Below, one piece after another: positions 27,554-36,155 of a DNA stretch of 64,000 bases. The notes beneath the pieces are model-generated. The model had not been told where the DNA came from. It saw nothing but the letters and a program-made list of their open reading frames with translations, and searched no databases. This DNA is from Candidatus Thorarchaeota archaeon (GTDB taxonomy: Archaea > Asgardarchaeota > Thorarchaeia > Thorarchaeales > Thorarchaeaceae). Position 1 is the stretch's first letter; the number at the start of each line of letters is the position of its first letter. The stretch is taken from assembly GCA_020348985.1 (NCBI GenBank), contig CP070761.1, forward strand, positions 1,305,747 through 1,369,746. The letters run 5' to 3'. A program made the translations under genes and the position numbers.

Positions 27554-28813
27554 GTGGACCTTCTCAAGGCATGTCTCAATCATGATGGGGCCGCAGCTTC
27601 GGAAACAGTTGCAGAAATGGTAGCCAATGCTCAGCCATCGGCAACATGGGCGGTCTTGATGCATGCGGCTGCTTGGAATGAACAACGCGAGTTTGATACT
27701 CCACATTCCACAATTCTCACGTTCTCCATACATCGAATGATTGAGGACTTAGGTCAAAATGCAAGAATCCTGAATGGTGAAACTGGATCAGGACTGAATG
27801 CACTGCCAAGGAAATTCAGGGAATCACTTCAGTCAACTCTAATCGAACGTTTGGCATACCATTTGGCCGACGTGGATCACTGGGTAACAGAAGCAGGTCC
27901 CAGATATGACATTGATATTCCAATGGACTCTCTGGACAATGCACTTGGACGGTACACTGGCGCTATAAGAGAACGGAGACAGATTCGAGCTGCAGAATCG
28001 GCGCTCAGGCTCGCTTCGAGGGAGAATCCGATCAGACTTCTGCGCTCGACGGCATCCATGGCAGCAGAAGAGCCGGACAAACTCGGTCATGCCTTCATAA
28101 TGCCTCTTTCTCTGCTCTTGGAACTTCCTCAGTCTCGGTTTACTCGTCCTATTCAGGCATCCATATGGCATCTTACGGAGTACCTGGTGAGGAAGATTCC
28201 TCGCAAACGAGAGAAAGAATTCGTCGTAGATGAGAGAATGGACCAGATGGCTGAACCAACAGACCTTTCGGCACACAAAGTCCATTTCATGAACTCAATA
28301 GTGCAGTATGGCATCCTAGGTCACAATGGGATATTCGCTCACAGGATTGCAGAAGCAGCGGAACAGGGAATCGTGAATAGCAGCACAGTTGAGTGGCTGC
28401 TGAGCATGCTGAAACGCAATATAGGTGAAAAGAGAAGTCAGAAGCAATTGGATGCAAGGAAACTCTCAGTGAGCGAGAACGGAACTGATTGGAAAGAGAT
28501 ACCGAGCAGAATCGATTTGCCACATTCTGATGACGTCCGGGAATGGCTTGATGTTTCGGAGTATTGGGGTGCAATGATGAACCTGGAGTCGAATGTCTTT
28601 GAGCAATTGGTCCCTAGCATTGATGAATCAGAGTGGCCTGTGATCCGTGCAGCCCAGTACGCAATGGCGTCTATTAACGGCGAGCCAAGAGCCTCTCATG
28701 TTATGCTTTTCACCCATGCTGCGTGGTCGTTGGCAGACAAGGGACTGGTGCCACAATCACTTGCTGCATTGCAGGTCCACAGAATGCTTAGACAGTATCT
28801 CGAGAGGCGATGA
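27554..28813 (+). CDS. Helical-repeat protein with four His motifs (questin oxidase-like?)
   Basis: PHSTIL, GHAFIM, GHNGIF, SHVMLF. Confidence 0.6.
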   Translation: MDLLKACLNHDGAAASETVAEMVANAQPSATWAVLMHAAAWNEQREFDTPHSTILTFSIHRMIEDLGQNARILNGETGSGLNALPRKFRESLQSTLIERLAYHLADVDHWVTEAGPRYDIDIPMDSLDNALGRYTGAIRERRQIRAAESALRLASRENPIRLLRSTASMAAEEPDKLGHAFIMPLSLLLELPQSRFTRPIQASIWHLTEYLVRKIPRKREKEFVVDERMDQMAEPTDLSAHKVHFMNSIVQYGILGHNGIFAHRIAEAAEQGIVNSSTVEWLLSMLKRNIGEKRSQKQLDARKLSVSENGTDWKEIPSRIDLPHSDDVREWLDVSEYWGAMMNLESNVFEQLVPSIDESEWPVIRAAQYAMASINGEPRASHVMLFTHAAWSLADKGLVPQSLAALQVHRMLRQYLERR

Positions 28814-28814
28814 C

Positions 28815-29360
28815 TTACTCGAACTTCTCGTACCTCAGCACGTTTTCATCCTGTGAAATGAATCGGAATAAGCCAGATGCAGCCACAGTATTCTTGCAGT
28901 CTTCAGGTGAAACATGGTCTATAAGGAAGACAAGCTTTCCGGAAGGCTTCAGGACCCTGTGCATCTCTGCGATCAACTCCTCCTTGTCTGGCACCCATGT
29001 ATAGACATCGATAAGAAGAGTGAAATCAAGATGCTCGTTTGGTAGGCCAGTCTCTAAACCAGATAGAATGGTCTCTACGTTCGTAATTCCAGTTTTCTTC
29101 GTTCTTTTACGAACTCGTTCAAGGGCCAAAGGATGGATATCCAAAGCATAGACAGTCCCGCCTTCGCCCACAAGCTCGGCCACCGGCATTGTGTAGCTTC
29201 CTATTCCACATCCGTAGTCCAAGACTCTGTGTCCTTCTTTGATTCCAAGATTCTTAGCAAACTCCTGAGGCTTCCTGAAACGTTCACGAGCTCGCAGGTA
29301 CAGTGCCATTATTCTGTAGCTTGTGTTTGACATTGTTCGTTGCTCTGTGTGTGTGGTCAT
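28815..29360 (-). CDS. Class I SAM-dependent methyltransferase
   Basis: VLDYGCGIG, VYALDI, RVLKPSG. Confidence 0.9.
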   Translation of the reverse strand: MTTHTEQRTMSNTSYRIMALYLRARERFRKPQEFAKNLGIKEGHRVLDYGCGIGSYTMPVAELVGEGGTVYALDIHPLALERVRKRTKKTGITNVETILSGLETGLPNEHLDFTLLIDVYTWVPDKEELIAEMHRVLKPSGKLVFLIDHVSPEDCKNTVAASGLFRFISQDENVLRYEKFE

Positions 29361-29374
29361 GATCTAGTCACCTA

Positions 29375-29443
29375 TACTTCAGAATGTAAAGTATTTAAAC
29401 TTCCAAGAGTGAAGCAATGAAGGAACTTCAGTCAAGTGAAGTA
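29375..29443. promoter_or_regulatory. Three candidate HxlR-type operators in a divergent promoter
   Basis: ACTTC-N7-AAAGT, ACTTC-N7-GAAGC, ACTTC-N8-GAAGT around a TATTTAAA box. Confidence 0.5.
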
Positions 29444-29457
29444 ATGGGTGACAGCTC

Positions 29458-29847
29458 TTGGCTCAATCAAATCAACAGGAAGAATTCGACGTTCGCTATT
29501 GCAGACATGATCAGACAATCCTTTGCGATGACAGATGCTTCTACCGCAGGATACTGGCAGTTATTGGTAAGAAGTATACTCTGAACATACTCCGGATTCT
29601 GGTCCGAGTCGAATCGGCCAGGTTCAGTACACTCGCCAAGGGAGTTGGTGGCAGTCCCAAGACTCTTACAGATCGGCTCAACGAGTTGGTAGACCTTGGT
29701 ATTCTGAATAGAGAGGCCTATGCAGAGATTCCCCCGAGGGTTGAGTATTCCCTGAATGATATGGGAAGAGACCTTGCACCCGTTCTAGATGCCATCAGAG
29801 ATTGGACGTTGAAATGGTGGTCTCACCATATGCCCCCACAAGGATAG
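29458..29847 (+). CDS. HxlR-family transcriptional regulator
   Basis: IGKKYTL.IL, SPKTLTDRL.EL, EIPPRVEYSL. Confidence 0.92.
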   Translation: MAQSNQQEEFDVRYCRHDQTILCDDRCFYRRILAVIGKKYTLNILRILVRVESARFSTLAKGVGGSPKTLTDRLNELVDLGILNREAYAEIPPRVEYSLNDMGRDLAPVLDAIRDWTLKWWSHHMPPQG

Positions 29848-29873
29848 GTAGTACTGAAGCTGAGATGCAGATA

Positions 29874-31433
29874 CTACTTGTCACCCTTTCTATAGGACTC
29901 GGCCAACAGGTCAGGTATGTATCGCGTTTCTATTTCTGACCCTTCCAGGATGTCACTAATCTGGATAGTACAGAATGGACATTCAGTAGTAATCATAGAG
30001 GCGCCAGTTGCCTCGATGTACTCTCTCTTGGTAGTTGCTATCTTCTGAGAAAGTTCACGCTTCCCGGCGCGAACTCCACCTCCAGCACCACAACAACGAT
30101 TCCTGTATGGATCCTCAATATACTCTACACCAGGAATCATCTTCAGAAGCTCTACAGGTTGGTCAACAACGCCCTGACCTCTACCAAGATGGCATGGTTC
30201 ATGGTAGGTGATTTTGAGCTTTATCTCACCTTTTGGCAGAACCAGGTTCTCCTTGCCTATGACATCAAGCATGTATTCTGCTAGGTCATGCACCTTGAAC
30301 TTGGGCGGCTCTCCACGCTTTTCAGTAATGACTGGACGGTGATCCTCGCGAAGTGTCTTTCCACAGCCAGCACATGCTACGACCACAGTATCGAAACCAT
30401 GTTTATCCATAGCATTCTCGAATATCTCGGTAACTCTTTCGACTGCAGCATGAGCCGTGTGCAAATCACCTGTTCTGAAAGCAGGACTAGCACAACACCA
30501 TTGCTCCTTTGGTACTATAACATCGACGCCATTGCGGTTCAAAACCTCGATGAGCGCCTTCCCAGTGTTCTGCATTCTGTAGTCAATCAAACACCCGGTG
30601 AAGAAGCCAACTCGTCCACGGGAATTCTCGACCGTGAATTCCTCGGTCTCTAATGCCTTCAGCAGTGGTGCGTCCTTCTCAGGAACTGCTCTCCCGGTGG
30701 CATTTATCTGGTCGATAAAGCCTTGTTGCCCCTCGGCCAATGGATAGCCAGCCTCAACAGCCTTCGCACGTAGAAGCTCAACTGCCAGTGCTGGGACATC
30801 GATTTTCTTCGGGCAGATGTCAGTGCACATCTTACACGTCGTACAGCTGTAGACCGATTCGTCTATTGCCATCCCTACACGGTCTTCGACGTCTCTCGGG
30901 TCGAGTTCCAGACGGGCAATCTGTCTGATAATCATTGGTCCAGGATACTCCCAGGTTTCATGGACAATCGGGCAGTTGGACAGACACGCGGCACATTCAA
31001 TGCACTTGCGAATCTCACGAACCTTCTCTATTTCCTCAGCATGAATGATTTCGGGTCTCTCAGGCTTCTTGTCACGCGCAACATAGGGCCGGATTCGTCG
31101 AATCCGATACTCGGTCTGAGCCATATCGACCACAAGGTCTTTGATAATTGGCATCTTATCCAATGGTTCTAGAACTAGTGACTCCTCTGGATCTACCTTG
31201 GTTCGGCAGGCTATTCTTGCGGTTCCGTTCACCTTCACTGCACAAGACCCGCATTGACCACCTCGGCACTCCCATCGGAAAGCAAGACTGGAATCAAACT
31301 TGTCTTGAACATAGAGTAAGGCGTCTAATACTGTCATTCCTACTTCGTATTCAACTTCAAAGTCTTGGAGGTATGGAGCATCGTCGTTGTCAGGGTTGTA
31401 TCGCTGCACACTTGTTTTGATTGTCTCAGCCAT
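29874..31433 (-). CDS. tfrB: Thiol:fumarate reductase subunit B (Fe-S + CCG domains)
   Basis: CRGGQCGSC, CIECAAC, CTTCKMC, WCCASP and RCCGAGGG. Confidence 0.88.
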   Translation of the reverse strand: MAETIKTSVQRYNPDNDDAPYLQDFEVEYEVGMTVLDALLYVQDKFDSSLAFRWECRGGQCGSCAVKVNGTARIACRTKVDPEESLVLEPLDKMPIIKDLVVDMAQTEYRIRRIRPYVARDKKPERPEIIHAEEIEKVREIRKCIECAACLSNCPIVHETWEYPGPMIIRQIARLELDPRDVEDRVGMAIDESVYSCTTCKMCTDICPKKIDVPALAVELLRAKAVEAGYPLAEGQQGFIDQINATGRAVPEKDAPLLKALETEEFTVENSRGRVGFFTGCLIDYRMQNTGKALIEVLNRNGVDVIVPKEQWCCASPAFRTGDLHTAHAAVERVTEIFENAMDKHGFDTVVVACAGCGKTLREDHRPVITEKRGEPPKFKVHDLAEYMLDVIGKENLVLPKGEIKLKITYHEPCHLGRGQGVVDQPVELLKMIPGVEYIEDPYRNRCCGAGGGVRAGKRELSQKIATTKREYIEATGASMITTECPFCTIQISDILEGSEIETRYIPDLLAESYRKGDK

Positions 31434-31445
31434 CTTCTTGCCTCC

Positions 31446-33149
31446 TCATGGCGGGGTAATCTTTGTAATGATGAGCTCCTGTTTCGTCAATTCCATGTCC
31501 CCATTCGCTCCTTTGCGAACCACGATGTTATAGTAGCCGTCATCTTCCGGGTCTGCATCCACTCTATAGTGTGCGCCTCTGCTCCCCTTTCTGATTAGAG
31601 CAGCCTCAGCTACCATTCGAGCTGTAGTGACCATGTGACCGAATTCAATTGCCTGATGCCAGCCAGGGTTGAATCGCTTCTCAGCAACGTCTACCTTGAT
31701 CTTAGGGACTACTTCATTCTCGATACGTCTGAGTTCCTTGACAGCAAAGGCCATCTCTTCTTCCTTACGGAATATCTGCACTTTAGTCCACATTAGATCG
31801 GTGAGCTCCTTTCTGGCGTCTGCTGGTGAGATTCCTTTCTCACGCTTCAACATAGCTTCTAGTTTCAGGAATTCTTTCATTGCTTTTTCTTTTGGCAGTC
31901 CAGTCATTTCATGCTCCTTGGCAAATTTCGCTGCACTCTCTCCAGACAATGCGCCAAATACCTGAGTATCTGCCAACGCGTTCCCACCCAGCCTATTGCC
32001 GCCATGAACACCGCCTGTGCACTCACCCGCCGCGAAGAGGCCAGGTATGTTTGTTCCGGCTTCCTCGTCTATCTTGATACCACCCATAAAATGGTGACAG
32101 GTCGGGGATACTTGCATTGGTTCATCACGAATGTCAACGCCTGCATCTTCGAATTGCTCAATCATGCTCTCTAGTCGAAACTCGATTATTGATCTGGGCA
32201 GGTGAGAGATGCTGAGGTAGACTCCGCCATCTGGCGATCCACGGCCCTCACGGACTTCGGTCATTATGGAACGTGCAACTTGGTCACGACCAGCCAGCTC
32301 CATGACTCCCGGATAGTATCTGTGCATGAAGCGTTCGCCCTCGCTGTTGAGAAGTATTCCGCCCTCGCCTCTGACAGCCTCTGTTACTAGTCTGCCGCGT
32401 GCGGATTCCGGTTTCACCATTCCTGTGGGATGGAATTGAACCATTTCCATGTCAATGAGGTCACAACCAGCCTCGTAGGCCATCGCATATCCATCACCGA
32501 CGTCAAGCTGCGCATTGCTTGTAACCGTGTAGACACGGCCTGCACCACCAGTGGCCATTACAACCGCCTTGGCCCGGAAGATCATGTAGTCGCCGTACTT
32601 CAGATCGATTGCTGTCACACCTGCAATCCTACCATCATGAAGCAGAAGCTTGGTGGCAAATATCTCATCGTAGACTCTAACTGCGCTCTTTCTGACGGCC
32701 TCTACGAGAGTAACCATGATTTCGGATCCTGTTCTATCAGAAGCATAGGCAGTTCTGCGCCAGCTTTGCTTTCCGAAAGGCCTCTGTGCAATCTTGCCTT
32801 CAGGCGTCCGATCAAATACTGCGCCCATCTCTTCAAGATCGAAGACTCTTTCCGAAGCATCTCGGACGAGTATTTCCGCAAGTGCCTGATCATTGAGATA
32901 GTTTCCGCCTACTATCGTGTCCTTGAAATGAGTTTCCGGATTGTCGTCCGGATCGACATTTCCAAGTGATACGTTGTATCCCCCTTCGGCCATGGCCGTG
33001 TGCGCCTTGCCCAGAAGTTCCTTACTTAGCATGATTACATCGAGATTGTATTTTGTGGCTTCGATTGCTGCTCTACAACCAGCACCGCCGGCACCTACGA
33101 CCAATACATCACACAGGATAGTTCGGTATGGGAGTTCCTCCAAGTGCAA
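31446..33149 (-). CDS. tfrA: Fumarate reductase flavoprotein subunit A
   Basis: GAGGAG, HTAMAEGG, QFHPT, HHFMGG, HGGNRLGGN, SRGAH. Confidence 0.9.
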   Translation of the reverse strand: MHLEELPYRTILCDVLVVGAGGAGCRAAIEATKYNLDVIMLSKELLGKAHTAMAEGGYNVSLGNVDPDDNPETHFKDTIVGGNYLNDQALAEILVRDASERVFDLEEMGAVFDRTPEGKIAQRPFGKQSWRRTAYASDRTGSEIMVTLVEAVRKSAVRVYDEIFATKLLLHDGRIAGVTAIDLKYGDYMIFRAKAVVMATGGAGRVYTVTSNAQLDVGDGYAMAYEAGCDLIDMEMVQFHPTGMVKPESARGRLVTEAVRGEGGILLNSEGERFMHRYYPGVMELAGRDQVARSIMTEVREGRGSPDGGVYLSISHLPRSIIEFRLESMIEQFEDAGVDIRDEPMQVSPTCHHFMGGIKIDEEAGTNIPGLFAAGECTGGVHGGNRLGGNALADTQVFGALSGESAAKFAKEHEMTGLPKEKAMKEFLKLEAMLKREKGISPADARKELTDLMWTKVQIFRKEEEMAFAVKELRRIENEVVPKIKVDVAEKRFNPGWHQAIEFGHMVTTARMVAEAALIRKGSRGAHYRVDADPEDDGYYNIVVRKGANGDMELTKQELIITKITPP

Positions 33150-33385
33150 TCCTCCGGGGAGATTTCATTCCTCTGATGTTCGGGTCGGGCTTAGTGTGCC
33201 ATATTATACTTACTGTTCGAGGTCAGCGATTTTAGCACAAGATGTAGACTTTGAGAAACTAGTGAGAACGAAGTATCGAAGCAGGAAACATGTTTGGCGC
33301 CATTCTGAAGTGCTGAAATCTACCTCAACCGATGAACTAATAGCGCCAGTTATGGCTATTCTACAAAATAAGCTGGGGGTTGAAG

Positions 33386-33487
33386 ATGGAGTTAGAAAAC
33401 ACCCTGCTTGTGCTGGCAATCGTAGTGCTGGTGCTCATGATCGCCTATGGAGTAACTATACCGTTTTTGCATACTCTTGGAGGGTAG
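33386..33487 (+). CDS. Candidate 33-aa single-TM peptide
   Basis: MELENTLLVLAIVVLVLMIAYGVTIPFLHTLGG with GGGGGTTGA upstream. Confidence 0.4.
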   Translation: MELENTLLVLAIVVLVLMIAYGVTIPFLHTLGG

Positions 33488-33553
33488 GCGAGCAAGGCAG
33501 TAAATACACTGAAGCAGGGCAGCTGAGTGGGTCTACAGTCAGCATTCTATTTC

Positions 33554-34162
33554 CTACTCTTTGATGCCAATTATCGAATAGACCTCTGCTTTCCGGGAGG
33601 CTACTTTCTCATCCATTTCATCATGAAGACTGCTGCCATGGCTATCCATTGTGACAAGAAGTGGACCGAATTTCTCAGCGGTAATTACCCAGAGTGCTTC
33701 AGGCATTCCCAAATCTTGCCATTCATAGGCGCGCACCTCTTTCAGTCCCTTCGCTGCGAGAGCTCCACACCCTCCGGTGAAACTGCAGTAGACGGCACCC
33801 ACTTGCTTCAATGCATCAAGCGTCTTTTCAGCCATTCCACCTTTGCCGATGATGATTCTTGCCTTGTATTTTCGTAGGAACTCGTCCTCGAAGAGCTCCA
33901 TCCTTATGCTTGTAGTTGGTCCCGCAGACACTATCTTCCATTTGCCATCTTTCTGCCAAGCGACAGGGCCAACATGATACACGACACTGCCTTCAAAGTC
34001 TACAGGAGGTTTTTCCCCTTTCTCAAACATCTCTAGTGCTCGCTGGTGTGCCTCGTCTCGTGCAGTATACACATGTTCTCCCGACACATACACCACATCA
34101 CCGACTTTCAGCTTGCGAGCATCTTCCTCCGAGATTGGCGTTGTAAAGTGGTACTCCGTCAT
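33554..34162 (-). CDS. Class I fumarate hydratase beta subunit
   Basis: TARDEAH, AGPTTS.RM, IGKGGM, LGMPEA. Confidence 0.92.
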   Translation of the reverse strand: MTEYHFTTPISEEDARKLKVGDVVYVSGEHVYTARDEAHQRALEMFEKGEKPPVDFEGSVVYHVGPVAWQKDGKWKIVSAGPTTSIRMELFEDEFLRKYKARIIIGKGGMAEKTLDALKQVGAVYCSFTGGCGALAAKGLKEVRAYEWQDLGMPEALWVITAEKFGPLLVTMDSHGSSLHDEMDEKVASRKAEVYSIIGIKE

Positions 34163-34163
34163 T

Positions 34164-35051
34164 CTATGCCACCTCCGATGGATGAGTAACATAAGTTACA
34201 TCCAGGTTGCTTGAAATCACAGCTGTGCTCCTTCTCGCAGCCCAGCACTGCACAGCCACTCCAACAGGAAGACTTGCTGGATGTCGCATCGCATAGTCAA
34301 CTTTCACTCCAAGAACTGTCGTCTTCCCGCCAAGACCCATGGGACCAATGCCTGTAGCATTGATAGCCTTCATTAATTCCTCCTCAATCTGAGCAACTTC
34401 AGGTTCAGGATGTCGATCTTCAAGCGGCCGAAGAAGCTGTTGCTTGGCGATCTTTATCGCAATGTCTATGCCGCCGCCAATTCCAACACCAATTATGTTT
34501 GGAGAACAGGCCTTTCCCATATAGCTCATAGCATTGTCGACAACGAGTTTCTTGACCCCCGTGAGGCCGACACCGGGTTTGAGCATACCAACGATACTAA
34601 CATTCTCACTGCCGCCGCCCTTCGGAAAGACAGTAATCTCAAGAGAATCACCAGGCACAACTTCCCAGTTGATCCAGGGTATGAATCGGCCTGTGTTATC
34701 ACCTGAGTTGCCACCAACGATAGGATTGACAGCATTTGGTCTGAGCGGAGTCTGTTCAGTGGCCTTTCGTGTGGCTTTCAAGAGCGCGTCTCTAATCTCT
34801 CCAAGAAACGGGAATCTTTCACCAACTTTCGTGTAGAATGATATGATGCCTGTGTCTTGACACATGGGAATTCCAGTTGACGCAATCTCGATATTTGTAA
34901 GAATAGCCTCCATCTGAGTCTTTGCGGTGCTTTCAGTTTCTCGATCGTAGGCTTTCTTGATTGCATCTTCGACGTCTTTCGGGAGTTTCGCTGTTGATTC
35001 TTTCAGAAGACGATATGCTGTGTCGTGAATTACTTGACTTGGATCCTTCAT
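34164..35051 (-). CDS. Class I fumarate hydratase alpha subunit
   Basis: PMCQDTG, KGGGSEN, GIGPMGLGG, QCWA.R. Confidence 0.92.
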   Translation of the reverse strand: MKDPSQVIHDTAYRLLKESTAKLPKDVEDAIKKAYDRETESTAKTQMEAILTNIEIASTGIPMCQDTGIISFYTKVGERFPFLGEIRDALLKATRKATEQTPLRPNAVNPIVGGNSGDNTGRFIPWINWEVVPGDSLEITVFPKGGGSENVSIVGMLKPGVGLTGVKKLVVDNAMSYMGKACSPNIIGVGIGGGIDIAIKIAKQQLLRPLEDRHPEPEVAQIEEELMKAINATGIGPMGLGGKTTVLGVKVDYAMRHPASLPVGVAVQCWAARRSTAVISSNLDVTYVTHPSEVA

Positions 35052-35208
35052 GATTGAGCTGCATCCTGTGATTTGGTGATTAATGGAAGGAGCAATCTGC
35101 TCTTTTCGGGCTGGCTGCGCAGACCTCCTCTTAATCTGTCTTCCTATGCTTCAGGTCAATCTGGAGCACTATGTAGGACAGCAGCCTAAATACCCAAGCT
35201 CATATTAA

Positions 35209-35727
35209 TTGCTGAAGTCAGAGGAGAGGCTCTTGCGGCTATTCGATTCGCTAACGTTGTCGGTCATATCATTCTCAGTAGGCATCATACTCCTGCTCAT
35301 CTACAGTTTGTACGATGTGCGAAACCGGTCAGTTCCAAACATGGTTTCATACGTTGGAATTGTGCTTGTCATGGGACTGGTGTTAGTTGACGGCCAGCTT
35401 CTTTCGGAAATCGAACTTCATGTGACCGCCATACTGTTTTCACTAGTGCTTTCGTACGTCTTGTATAGAATGGGAGCCGTAGGTGGAGCTGATGTGAAAG
35501 CCCTGGTTGCTCTGGCAATAGTGAGTCCTGGAGCCGCCTTCGTAGTCTGGGAAAACCCGTTTCTTGAAGCAGTAATCAACATGGGAATAGTCACAGGTTT
35601 GATGTTGCTATTTGGGTTTCTCTACTGGAGATTGGCAATAGATTCTGACAACTGGAATACGAAGCCCCCTCTAATTCCATTCCTTCTGTTATCCTTCATA
35701 ATCATCCAGTGCATCTTTCTTGTATGA
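35209..35727 (+). CDS. Prepilin/preflagellin peptidase (A24)
   Basis: YD...R.VPN, GGADVK, P.IPFL. Confidence 0.85.
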   Translation: MLKSEERLLRLFDSLTLSVISFSVGIILLLIYSLYDVRNRSVPNMVSYVGIVLVMGLVLVDGQLLSEIELHVTAILFSLVLSYVLYRMGAVGGADVKALVALAIVSPGAAFVVWENPFLEAVINMGIVTGLMLLFGFLYWRLAIDSDNWNTKPPLIPFLLLSFIIIQCIFLV

Positions 35728-35732
35728 GTTGC

Positions 35733-36080
35733 TCAAGAAAGGGTCCCAAGAATGGATTCTGGAAGAGTGAAGGCGAATATCAATGTCCAGAGAAGGACCC
35801 ATAGTAGCAGGTAAGAAGGTAAAGAGTTTGTAATCAGTTTCTGCTGTCCACCCATGACCTCTGGATCAACCTCTAAGAGATAGACGATGACAAAGAGTGA
35901 AAGAATGTAGAGTAGCACACCAAACATTAGTCCTCGAAGTCCAGAAAAGACAGGACCTGCCAAGCCACAGACAACCGCAGAGATTATTGCGAAAGTGATC
36001 TTGACATAATAGGTCTGGTCTTTGGGTTCGTTTGCCCACCTACCGTAGAGCCGCTGGAAGATGTTCTGAAGTGACTCCAT
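35733..36080 (-). CDS. EMC6/Rab5-interacting-like 3-TM protein
   Basis: YYVK...AIISAVVCGL, GLRGLMFG, SYLLLWVLLWTL. Confidence 0.65.
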   Translation of the reverse strand: MESLQNIFQRLYGRWANEPKDQTYYVKITFAIISAVVCGLAGPVFSGLRGLMFGVLLYILSLFVIVYLLEVDPEVMGGQQKLITNSLPSYLLLWVLLWTLIFAFTLPESILGTLS

Positions 36081-36155
36081 TCTCTATCACCAAGTGGCTT
36101 GGACCCTCGTCAATCGACCATGTTAAAAAGTCCTCGGTCTGATGGGAAGAACAGC

